Source: Candidatus Omnitrophota bacterium (lineage in GTDB: Bacteria > Omnitrophota > Gorgyraeia > JABMRN01 > RBG-13-46-9). From it: a DNA stretch of 64,000 nucleotides. The translations under genes were made by a program, and so were the position numbers. Of this stretch, positions 56,901 to 64,000 are shown in pieces (within the stretch, counting starts at the first letter, position 1; each line of letters opens with the position of its first letter). The stretch spans positions 983-64,982 of the forward strand of contig JBDRHE010000087.1 in NCBI GenBank assembly GCA_043817155.1. The letters run 5' to 3'. The notes beneath the pieces were generated by a model. The model was not told the DNA's origin. It made no database searches and saw only the letters and a list, made by a program, of their open reading frames with translations.

Positions 56901-58596
56901 GGAGAGCAAGATAGCAATGCTTGAAGCTGAATTACAGGCTCTATCCATAGAGAAGGAGAATGCGGGATCAACATTGAATGCCCAGCTCGAGTCAATACAG
57001 ACGGCCCACAGGGCATTGCAGGCGTCCAAGGTATCTCTCGATAACGAAATGAAGGCTTTAAAAGAGTCCCATGCTAACACCGTATCCTATTTGGAGGATA
57101 GGCTAAAGGCTCTTAACGAGTCTAAAGACGAAAAGATAGTGAAGTTAGAAGCCAAGTTGGTAGAGGCCGAAGAAGATAAGATGGCTGCTATCACAAAACA
57201 AAAGAATGAATTTATCGCTCTTGACAAATTTAAAGATGAGGCGCGCATAAAACTTGATAACGAATTCCAGGAGTTGCGCGATCAAAAGAAGAATTCAGAG
57301 TTCAAATTAAACGCCGAAATAATTGCATTGAGAGAGACCGAGCAGGCATTGCGCACTGAGCTGGCAAATATTAACGAATCCAGTGAAGAGACCATTTCAA
57401 AATTGAAGGATGAACTTGGGAAGGTAAACAATGAGTACGCCAAGACCGAATCGGCGCTGGGGGATAGGGTTAAGGCCCTGGAAGAGGAGAATGATGGGCT
57501 GAAAGCCGAGTCTGCTTCGCTTAAGAAATCTAAAGAGGAGACTGTATCGATGCTTGAGGGCGAATTGCTTTCAAGGGACAAGGTCATAAATGTACTAAAG
57601 GGCGGCCTGGCTTCCCTGGAGAGCAGGCATGCCAAGAAAGAGTCGGTTCTACTTAGAGAAGTCGAATCGCTTAAAGCAAGACAGAAGGTTACGGAGGCGA
57701 AGAGCGCTACTTTTGAGGAGGCGGCAAATAACGCTCAAGAGACTCTTCATACTCAGCTTGTCATACTTTCCGAAGGAAGAGAAGATGAATCTATCGAACA
57801 GCTTAAGACCGACCTTAAGTACCTGGGTGTTGGCAAGAAGGAGATAGAAGCGAAGATGAGCGTTGAAATCGCCGCCCTGAGAAAGGCGGAGGTTGTTCTC
57901 AGCAACAGACTCGCTGAACTGGAGAAGTCTAAGGCCGAGGAAGTAATGCTATTGCAAAACAAGCTTTATGAGCTTGAAAAGTCCAAAGAGGAGACTATAG
58001 CAGAACTGAAGAATCGACTTGGTAACATGGATAGAGTTAGTTCAACGGCAGAGACGACATTAGCAGATCAGACAGCTTATCTGGAAGAGACTGAAGCGAA
58101 GCTGAGAAGAGAAGTCGCCGACATCAAGAGATCCCATGACCAGACAGTTGCCGAGTTAAACTCGGAGCTCATCGCGTTACGTGACGAAAAGAGAAGGAAG
58201 GGAACCGATTTGAATAAAGAGATGACTCTGCAAATAGAGAAGGAGAGGCTCCTGAAGACGAGATTAGCAGACGCTGAAGAGGTGAAAAGGTCTCAAGAAA
58301 CCAGACTGACCGCTATGGTATCCAAGATCGCCGACCTGAACAAGGAGAAGGATCTCATTGAAACCGCGCTAAAGGATCAGCTCGCGGTGCTTAAAGCAGA
58401 AAACGCTGAAATAAAGAAGGTGCTGGCAAGCGGATTAAAGGGGTTAAAGAGCGAAATCGAAGCTGCGCAAGAAGAAAATAATAGAATAACAAAGTTGCTT
58501 GCTGTGCTTAAAGAGGATTTAAGGAAATCTAATGAGGAGAAGATGATGCTGAAGAGCATAGTCGATGAGTCTATTGGCAAGCCTGATGGGATATAG
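53947..58596 (+). CDS. Giant coiled-coil protein (1549 aa) with signal peptide or anchor and a conserved ~70-aa N-terminal beta-rich domain
   Basis: N-terminal hydrophobic segment then GKEGSVLYVSDAGDFVFIDLSQIDVKQGDFVEIYRG...IGDRIVI, followed by ~1400 aa K/E-rich heptad repeats with near-identical internal tandem repeats. Confidence 0.8.
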   Translation: MISIIMHKMNRSAVKKMIVCMAIMLICVPRILDAQNMGGKEGSVLYVSDAGDFVFIDLSQIDVKQGDFVEIYRGSKQIASGSIKAPMEKMSEATVLEKNTEVIIGDRIVITASPKRLPPATEKIVIEEDEQDLVEVEEEIGRLPASGEVIREDPEYGELNRRFVLLQDEKAKVFAELNREIASLKSSKRSLEQQLESAERTEGSEEKDLLVKIEDLEQSKKDIMALLNKKIVSIQEESAKTESMLRSEIVALKREKKVSEDDFGIKSKSSKSAIVKSLEKELRELKESKRDEIAKLEKKIAQLEMSNKESEVKLNNLLDEKNVSTEGAEVSKLQKELRELKSEKSQTESKLKNEIESLKDAKGTLKNETAELEKRLLDSERSREEAITGLQKSLDSSNASKDSEVAKLHKELQALKSEKSQTESKLNNEIQSLKNAGESLRVTIANMEKSAAENAAKLENEHRTFKKYSEYEIVNLKDESKNLSREKENMESLLKANDQAHKNQLKELEEARREAIADLENKMLDLKSSKDEAIAGLQKSLDSSNASKDSEVAKLHKELQTLIGERSQTESKLNNEIQSLKDAKVSLKNETAEREKRLLDSERSREEAIAELQKSLNSSNASKDSEVAKLHKELQTLVAEKRETESKLNNEIQSLKNAGESLRVTIANMEKSAAENIAKTKGEHQTFRKYSEYEIANLKNDLENLSSEKENTEAMLKANAETLKNQLNALEEARREAIADLENKTLDLKSSKDEAIASLQKALDSSNASKQLETAKLQDELQVLRAEKNESESKLNSKIQVLVNIESNLKARIADMERSEVEKIEELRKEYGTFKKIAEDGVSKLKGSIEDLSRDKMSMESTLRGEIEALNKQLDELEEAKREAIADLGEKMLDLKKSNEYTTARLQDVVDNRDVKIEAEVSKVEDKFQALRMEKRESESKLKNEIQALANIESNLKDKIADMERSNEEIIAKFKSERFALEKTAESKIAMLEAELQALSIEKENAGSTLNAQLESIQTAHRALQASKVSLDNEMKALKESHANTVSYLEDRLKALNESKDEKIVKLEAKLVEAEEDKMAAITKQKNEFIALDKFKDEARIKLDNEFQELRDQKKNSEFKLNAEIIALRETEQALRTELANINESSEETISKLKDELGKVNNEYAKTESALGDRVKALEEENDGLKAESASLKKSKEETVSMLEGELLSRDKVINVLKGGLASLESRHAKKESVLLREVESLKARQKVTEAKSATFEEAANNAQETLHTQLVILSEGREDESIEQLKTDLKYLGVGKKEIEAKMSVEIAALRKAEVVLSNRLAELEKSKAEEVMLLQNKLYELEKSKEETIAELKNRLGNMDRVSSTAETTLADQTAYLEETEAKLRREVADIKRSHDQTVAELNSELIALRDEKRRKGTDLNKEMTLQIEKERLLKTRLADAEEVKRSQETRLTAMVSKIADLNKEKDLIETALKDQLAVLKAENAEIKKVLASGLKGLKSEIEAAQEENNRITKLLAVLKEDLRKSNEEKMMLKSIVDESIGKPDGI

Positions 58597-58644
58597 GGAG
58601 ATGTCGGTTTTAATATATTTACGAACACCGGAGATGAGAGCTCA

Positions 58645-61600
58645 ATGATTTCAACGCTGACAAAGAGAAGGGTGCCTGTCAAAGCGATGCGCGCGGTGCT
58701 TTGTATAGGGATCATAGTACTTTGTGTTTCGCATATTTCAGGCGCACAGGATATGTCTGCAAAAGAGGGCAGCATACTGTATGTCAGCGACGCGGGTGAT
58801 TTCGTATTTATCGATTTAAGTCAAATTGATGTTGGCTACGGTGATTTTGTAGAGGTTTACAGAGGAAAGGAGCGCATAGCAACCGGGGCAATAAGGGTGG
58901 TTATGGAGGAGATGTCGGAGGCCGTTCTTACGGAGAGCAAGGCAGAGGTCAATATAGGCGATCGTATCGTAATCCCAAAATCTACGAGGAGGTCGCGTGG
59001 CAAAGTTCGTGAGGTCAGAGTCGGAGGAGATACGACTATGGCTAGTGAGAGGCAGGCTCGCCCAGTTGAACCTGAGACGCTTTCCGGTGAAGATTACTTA
59101 ATCGGAGAACAGTATGATGAGGCCTCTCTTCTTCAGGATCAAATGAGTTCGATGGAATCTGAACTGACAAGAGAGATAGAAACCCTCAAGCGCGAAAAAA
59201 CGGAACTTATGCGTAAACTTCAATCTAAGGAAGAACCCGGAAGCGCCAGAGAGATAGAGAAGCTCCGAAATGAGATCAATGAATTGAAGCGTTCCAGGAA
59301 AGAGGTAATGGGGATTTTGAATGACAAGATCGCTTCCACAGAAGATGCGAGAAAGAAGATCGAGAAGGCATTACGGGCGGAGATAGCGGCGCTTAAGATG
59401 AAGAAAGATGTTTCTTCGGAGCCCAAGCCTAAAGAGATAGAAAAAGGATCGTCCGCAAACTCTAAAGAGATTAAAACGTTAAAGGGACAACTTAAAGAAC
59501 TTGAAACATCCAAAAGTGACGCGATAGCCAGTCTCGAGGCAAGAATAGAAGAGTCAGAAAAATCTAGGAAGTATGCCCTGGCTGAACTAGAGAGAAAACA
59601 TGTCGATAAGGAAAGAGAGAGCGTAGCGCAGATATCAAAGTTGAAAGACGAGATCCGGGCGTTCAATAAGGAGAAGAGCGATGCGGGGTTGAAGGTCGAA
59701 GATGAGATCGAATCGTTAAAGAAGAACGAAGAACGCCTCCTTAATAAGGTATCCGCTCTTGAGAAGATCAAGGAGGAGCTCATTTTGCAGCAGAGGATGA
59801 GTTCTAAAAAAGAAAATAGAGAAGCAGGGCTTGAAACAAAAATTGCATCTCTCGAGGGTGAAAACAGGTCTCTTCAGAAAGAGCTTACGACCCTTAAAGA
59901 ATCTCAGGAGAATACACTCTCTTACCTCGAAAGCAAACTTGAAAATGCTAAGAGATCAGGGGACGGGGCTGTTATGCAATTGCAGCAGCAGCTGGACCTG
60001 GAGAGAAAATCCGGGAGAGAGACTGCTGAAAAGATCAAAAATGAGTTTGCAGCTCTTGACAGATCGAAGGAGGAGACGATCGTAAATCTGAGGGACGAAC
60101 TTCAGGGCCTACGCATCCAAAAAGAGAACTCAGAATTTAAGCTCAGCACCGAGATAAATTCTCTGAAAGAGACAGAGCAGGTTTTGAGGAGTGAGCTGGC
60201 GAAAATTAATGAATCGAGCGAAGAGACTATAGAGAAGTTGAAGAATGAGCTCGGAAGGATAAACAACGATTATGCCAAGACCGAATCCGTCTTAGAGGAT
60301 AAGGTAGCGGTTCAGGACCAGACCAATGAGAGATTAAGGATTGAGCTTACCGCGCTTAAGAAGTCTAAAGAAGAGTCCATTGCCAGACTTGCCGGTGAGG
60401 TGCGCACGAAAGAAAAGGCCATAAACGCGCTAAAGGGCGGATATGATGCGTTACAGAACGGGCAGTCAAATAAGGAGGCAATGTTACGCGCAGAAGTCGA
60501 CTCACTTAAGAACAGAGAGAAGGTTTTGCAGGAGAAGATAACTGCTCTTGAGGAGTCTACGCAGAGCGCCCATGAGGCTCTTCGAAGCCAACTTGATATA
60601 TTCGCAAAGGGTAGAACCGACGGATCCATAGAGAAGCTGAAAAAGGATCTCGAAGTCATCGATGAAGAAAAAAGAGTTTTGGAATCGCGTACGAGCGCTG
60701 AAATCGCCGCTTTAAGGAAGACTGAACTTGCCCTACGGACGGAACTGGCTAAATTAGAAAAGACGAGCAACGAGACAATATCAAAGTTGCAGGCCGATAT
60801 TAATAACCTTGGACAATCCAAAACAGAGAATCTGGATCAGCTAAAGAATCAGCTCCGCGATTTGAATAGGATAAGTGTTAAAGCCGAATCTGCTTTGGCC
60901 AATCAGAACTCTCTCTTAAAAGCAACCGTAGAGAAGCTCAAGCTTGAACTTACAGAGGCTAAGAAGACGAACGAAGATATCGTATCCAGAATGAATTCGG
61001 ACCTTGCATCGATGAGAGAAGTAAATATAGATAGCGAAACCGGACTAAAGAGAGAGGTAAACGCTGCAAGGGAGCAGGTGACGGATTTAAAGAGAAGGCT
61101 CAAAGAGGCCGAAGAGGGGAAAGCGGCGCTGGCTACAATGCAAGGAGATATCGAATCTAAACTTAGAGCGCTAAAAGATGAAAGGGATACAATGGATTTG
61201 GGATTGAAGGACAGGATCGCGGAACTCGTATTATTGTCAGAGCAAAAGGCAAAGAACGAAGTCGAGCTGAAGAGAACGGCAAGCGCTTTACAAACAGAGG
61301 TGATGGATCTAAAGCAGAAACTGAAAGAGGGTAGATCTTCAGAAGCACAGGTGATGGATTTGAGGGAGAAACTGAGAGAGGCTGAGAGGGAGAAGGCAAC
61401 GCTGGCTACCAGGCAGGGAGATATCGAATCTCAACTTAGAGAGCTCAAAGACGAAAGAGATGTGGTGGATTTGGGATTGAAGAATAGGATAGCGGAGATT
61501 AAGGCAGAGAATGCCGCTATTAAGAATGTATTGGCAGGCGAACTGCTGGTTGTAAAAGGTGAAATTGAAACCGCGCAGAAAGAGAATCGTGAAATGTCTA

Positions 61601-61704
61601 CACAGTTGCGCAAGCTAAAAGAGTCCCTGGCGGAATCGAATGAAGAGAAACGCATTCTGAAAAATATCGTCCAGAAGTCTCTGGGCATTGAAGATGAAAT
61701 ATAA
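58645..61704 (+). CDS. Giant coiled-coil protein paralog (1019 aa), same architecture
   Basis: N-domain AKEGSILYVSDAGDFVFIDLSQIDVGYGDFVEVYRG...IGDRIVI about 75% identical to the upstream gene; conserved C-terminal tail (EEK(M/R)(M/I)LK(S/N)IV...). Confidence 0.8.
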   Translation: MISTLTKRRVPVKAMRAVLCIGIIVLCVSHISGAQDMSAKEGSILYVSDAGDFVFIDLSQIDVGYGDFVEVYRGKERIATGAIRVVMEEMSEAVLTESKAEVNIGDRIVIPKSTRRSRGKVREVRVGGDTTMASERQARPVEPETLSGEDYLIGEQYDEASLLQDQMSSMESELTREIETLKREKTELMRKLQSKEEPGSAREIEKLRNEINELKRSRKEVMGILNDKIASTEDARKKIEKALRAEIAALKMKKDVSSEPKPKEIEKGSSANSKEIKTLKGQLKELETSKSDAIASLEARIEESEKSRKYALAELERKHVDKERESVAQISKLKDEIRAFNKEKSDAGLKVEDEIESLKKNEERLLNKVSALEKIKEELILQQRMSSKKENREAGLETKIASLEGENRSLQKELTTLKESQENTLSYLESKLENAKRSGDGAVMQLQQQLDLERKSGRETAEKIKNEFAALDRSKEETIVNLRDELQGLRIQKENSEFKLSTEINSLKETEQVLRSELAKINESSEETIEKLKNELGRINNDYAKTESVLEDKVAVQDQTNERLRIELTALKKSKEESIARLAGEVRTKEKAINALKGGYDALQNGQSNKEAMLRAEVDSLKNREKVLQEKITALEESTQSAHEALRSQLDIFAKGRTDGSIEKLKKDLEVIDEEKRVLESRTSAEIAALRKTELALRTELAKLEKTSNETISKLQADINNLGQSKTENLDQLKNQLRDLNRISVKAESALANQNSLLKATVEKLKLELTEAKKTNEDIVSRMNSDLASMREVNIDSETGLKREVNAAREQVTDLKRRLKEAEEGKAALATMQGDIESKLRALKDERDTMDLGLKDRIAELVLLSEQKAKNEVELKRTASALQTEVMDLKQKLKEGRSSEAQVMDLREKLREAEREKATLATRQGDIESQLRELKDERDVVDLGLKNRIAEIKAENAAIKNVLAGELLVVKGEIETAQKENREMSTQLRKLKESLAESNEEKRILKNIVQKSLGIEDEI

Positions 61705-61726
61705 GGCCGCATCAAAGTTAGCGGAG

Positions 61727-61810
61727 TCCCCCGGACTAAAGTCCGGGGCTGCCTCCATCAAAAACACGTATCACCTGCCGTATTCATTCCCGGGCTCAAG
61801 CCCGGGGAAT
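61727..61810. repeat. Family-C-like CCCGGG-centred hairpins between the giant genes
   Basis: CCCCGGACTAAAGTCCGGGG and ATTCCCGGGCTCAAGCCCGGGGAAT. Confidence 0.6.
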
Positions 61811-61855
61811 CCTGCGGGCGGATCGAACCTACTTATTAAGGGGGTGAAGACCATA

Positions 61856-64000
61856 ATGCCAGTAAGTCCGGCACCGAGAAAAAATCGGAAGGCTGCGTTT
61901 TTTATCATTGCGATCATAGCGCTATCGGTAAATCTTTATGTTGCACAGCGTTGCATCGCCCAGCCGGCAGGCGGGAAAGAAGGGGTTGTCGTTCATGCGA
62001 ACAACAGAGATGATTTTGTATTTATAAATATCGGCTATAGTGAAGTGAACAAGGGTGATTTTGTAGAGATATACAAAGGGTCCAAACGTGTAGCCAATGG
62101 ATTGGTAAAGAACGCCCTCAATGAAGTCTCGGAGGTATCGATCCTTGACAGAAACCAGGCGGTGGATGTCGGGGATAGGATAGTTGTGACAGGTTCGGAA
62201 AGCGGTTTGGCTGCTGCCCCGGAGGGCGCGGATAGCATTTCCAAAGACGCTTCTTTACAGGTTTTGCCGGCAAGCGATAAGGATTTCGCAATTTCGGATG
62301 ATGAAACCGAAAAGGACGATCGGTCTTACGAAGTGCCGGCCGGCGAAGATCGCAGAAATTCGATGCATTCGTTCGAGCTTGGATCCGAAGTTGAATCTTT
62401 AAGAGATACCGAGAAATTATTACGTGAAAAGCTGTCAGATCTTAAGAAGACCAGCCAGTTATCCACTATTAAATTTGAAAACGAGATACGCGAACTTATA
62501 GGTCTGCAGAGATCCAAAGACAAGGCGATAAGCGATCTTGAGGGAGAGCTTGAGAAGTCGAGAAGGGAAAGAGAGGACGCAGAATCCGTTCTTAAGGCCG
62601 AAATAGCTTCTCTTAAAGATAGGGGAAAAAGTTTGGAAGGAAGACTGGAATATTTAGAGGAGTCCAAAGGGTATACAGAAAAGAGCTTGAAAGCGGAAAT
62701 GGATTCGCTTAAAGCGTCCAAAGAAGACGCTATAGGCATGCTCCAGGGAGAGATCACCCGGATCGAGGAGTCTAAAAAAGAATCTATAGCACAGCTTGAG
62801 GAAGAGCTCGAGAATCTCGATAAGTCGCTTTTCAGGTCCAAGGAAGACGCTATTGCCAAGCTCAATGCGAAGATGGGAGAAATAAACGAGGAACGGGCAA
62901 AAAATGAGACTGCTTTTACCGCGCAGATCACATACCTCAAGGATAACGAGATATTATTAAAGAAGGAGATCGAAGCTCTAAATAAATCTAGAGACGATAT
63001 TATTTCGAAACTTGGTGAAGAGCTGAAAACCTTGAGCGCATCCAAAAAGGAAGGTATCACTAGCTTAGATGAGAAGCTAAAGGTTTTAAGGCGGGAGAAG
63101 GCGGAGACCGAAATCTCCCTACAGACCGAGATAGCGTCTTTAAAGGCTACTGAAAAGGCGCTGAAGGAAGCGCTTCTCGATCTCAAGAAGTCTAAGATGG
63201 CCGCACTCACAAAAACCGAAGTTGAAACGCAGGAACTTATAAAGTCGAAAGATGGGATCATCGCAAAGCTAAAGGACGATCTCCTTGGATTGAAAAAGAA
63301 GAGCGAAGAAGAGATATCCGCTTTGAACCTCAGCCTTCTGTCCATGAATGACAAAGGGAAGGTAATGGAGGGGAAATTCGAATATCTTGAAGAGTCCAAA
63401 CAGTTTGCCGAGAAAGCGCACAGAGACGAGTTGCAAGCGCTTAAAGAGTCGCGGGACGCCTCAGTAGCTAAGCTCGAGAACGAACTTCTTACGCTACACG
63501 GGTCCAAAAAGAGTATAGTTCTGGAACTCGAGAATGAGCTGAAGGCAGCAAACCAGGCAAAGGTGGAAATAGAATCTGCCCTTAGCGCCAAGATCGCATC
63601 CCTCAAGGGATCGGAGCTATCACTCCAAAGAGAACTCGCAAATCTCAAGACGTCCAAAGCGGATGCCGTAACCAGTCTCGAAAAAGAGATATTCGATCTT
63701 ACAGCCGCTAAGGACGAAAAGATAGCCTTAATGGAGAAGGAGCTGGCAAGTTTGGGTAGCAATAAGGATGAGCTGGAGTCGAAGCTGAATACCGAAATCG
63801 CGTCACTTAAGAACGTTTCGGCAGCGCAGATAAGTGAATTAGAGAGTGTGAAGAGATCCAGGGACGATGCTATAGTGAATCTTCAAAAAGAGATCGAGGT
63901 GCTGAACAAATCCAAGAACGATATTATGGCGAATTTTGAGAAAGAACTGGCCACTATAACCAAAACCAAGGCTGGTTCGATCGCGAGGCTCGATGAAGAG
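61856..64000 (+). CDS. Third coiled-coil paralog, 5' partial (>715 aa, continues past the window edge)
   Basis: Hydrophobic N-terminus then GKEGVVVHANNRDDFVFINIGYSEVNKGDFVEIYKG...VGDRIVV; open frame with heptad-repeat composition to 64000; the track's minus-strand ORF 62326-63762 is its antisense shadow. Confidence 0.75.
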   Translation, partial: MPVSPAPRKNRKAAFFIIAIIALSVNLYVAQRCIAQPAGGKEGVVVHANNRDDFVFINIGYSEVNKGDFVEIYKGSKRVANGLVKNALNEVSEVSILDRNQAVDVGDRIVVTGSESGLAAAPEGADSISKDASLQVLPASDKDFAISDDETEKDDRSYEVPAGEDRRNSMHSFELGSEVESLRDTEKLLREKLSDLKKTSQLSTIKFENEIRELIGLQRSKDKAISDLEGELEKSRREREDAESVLKAEIASLKDRGKSLEGRLEYLEESKGYTEKSLKAEMDSLKASKEDAIGMLQGEITRIEESKKESIAQLEEELENLDKSLFRSKEDAIAKLNAKMGEINEERAKNETAFTAQITYLKDNEILLKKEIEALNKSRDDIISKLGEELKTLSASKKEGITSLDEKLKVLRREKAETEISLQTEIASLKATEKALKEALLDLKKSKMAALTKTEVETQELIKSKDGIIAKLKDDLLGLKKKSEEEISALNLSLLSMNDKGKVMEGKFEYLEESKQFAEKAHRDELQALKESRDASVAKLENELLTLHGSKKSIVLELENELKAANQAKVEIESALSAKIASLKGSELSLQRELANLKTSKADAVTSLEKEIFDLTAAKDEKIALMEKELASLGSNKDELESKLNTEIASLKNVSAAQISELESVKRSRDDAIVNLQKEIEVLNKSKNDIMANFEKELATITKTKAGSIARLDEE

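Noticed and set aside
62326-63762. 478-aa minus-strand ORF
   Set aside because: Ser/Leu/Phe-rich antisense shadow of the K/E-rich coiled-coil gene running 61856 to beyond 64000 on the + strand; there is no start-codon context. The same applies to minus-strand ORFs 54159-55436, 55455-56102, 56223-57080, 57282-57635, 58377-58775, 59220-59783 and 60312-60821.

Overview
64-kb bacterial chromosomal window, about 46-48% GC. Every supportable protein-coding gene (about 75) lies on the + strand. The gene content points to a strict anaerobe (rubrerythrin, flavodiiron protein, superoxide reductase, desulforedoxin, group-4 [NiFe] hydrogenase), possibly from an uncultivated lineage; no rRNA or tRNA is present to place it. 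Genes in order: a sulfur/Fe-S cluster (thi4, DUF3343-nifS fusion, PP-loop ThiI-like ATPase, merR, nifU, nifS); a csoR-cusC-cusB-cusA-like copper efflux operon with a CsoR-type operator in its promoter; an Fe-S protein and an HD hydrolase; an oxidative-stress and redox island (ferritin, Nfu, flavodiiron protein, GH3, pgi, tal, pgl, Rrf2 regulator, FNR-like reductase, desulforedoxin, rubrerythrin, superoxide reductase, a frameshifted erythrin-like gene, glutaredoxin, trxB, ogg, rex); an AsrAB-like (sulfhydrogenase beta/gamma-like) pair; a complete Mbh/Mrp-type membrane-bound [NiFe] hydrogenase operon with intact Ni-binding motifs, interrupted by a small AT-rich GIY-YIG gene; hydrogenase maturation genes (hycI, an N-terminal-only hypA, a Kae1-domain-only hypF, hypC, hypD, hypE, a NicO/RcnA-like Ni transporter); nadE, a eukaryote-type hexokinase and zupT. 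The window ends with an operon-like array of four co-oriented genes: a small membrane-anchored coiled-coil protein plus three giant paralogous coiled-coil proteins (1549 aa, 1019 aa, >715 aa partial) that share a previously unrecognised ~70-aa beta-rich domain. Intergenic space is saturated with at least six palindromic or modular repeat families, several sitting in 5' leaders or directly abutting stop codons, plus a recurring GATTACACAGAT(G) motif at the mbh, hypF, nadE and hexokinase loci. No CRISPR array, transposase, integrase or RNA gene could be supported.
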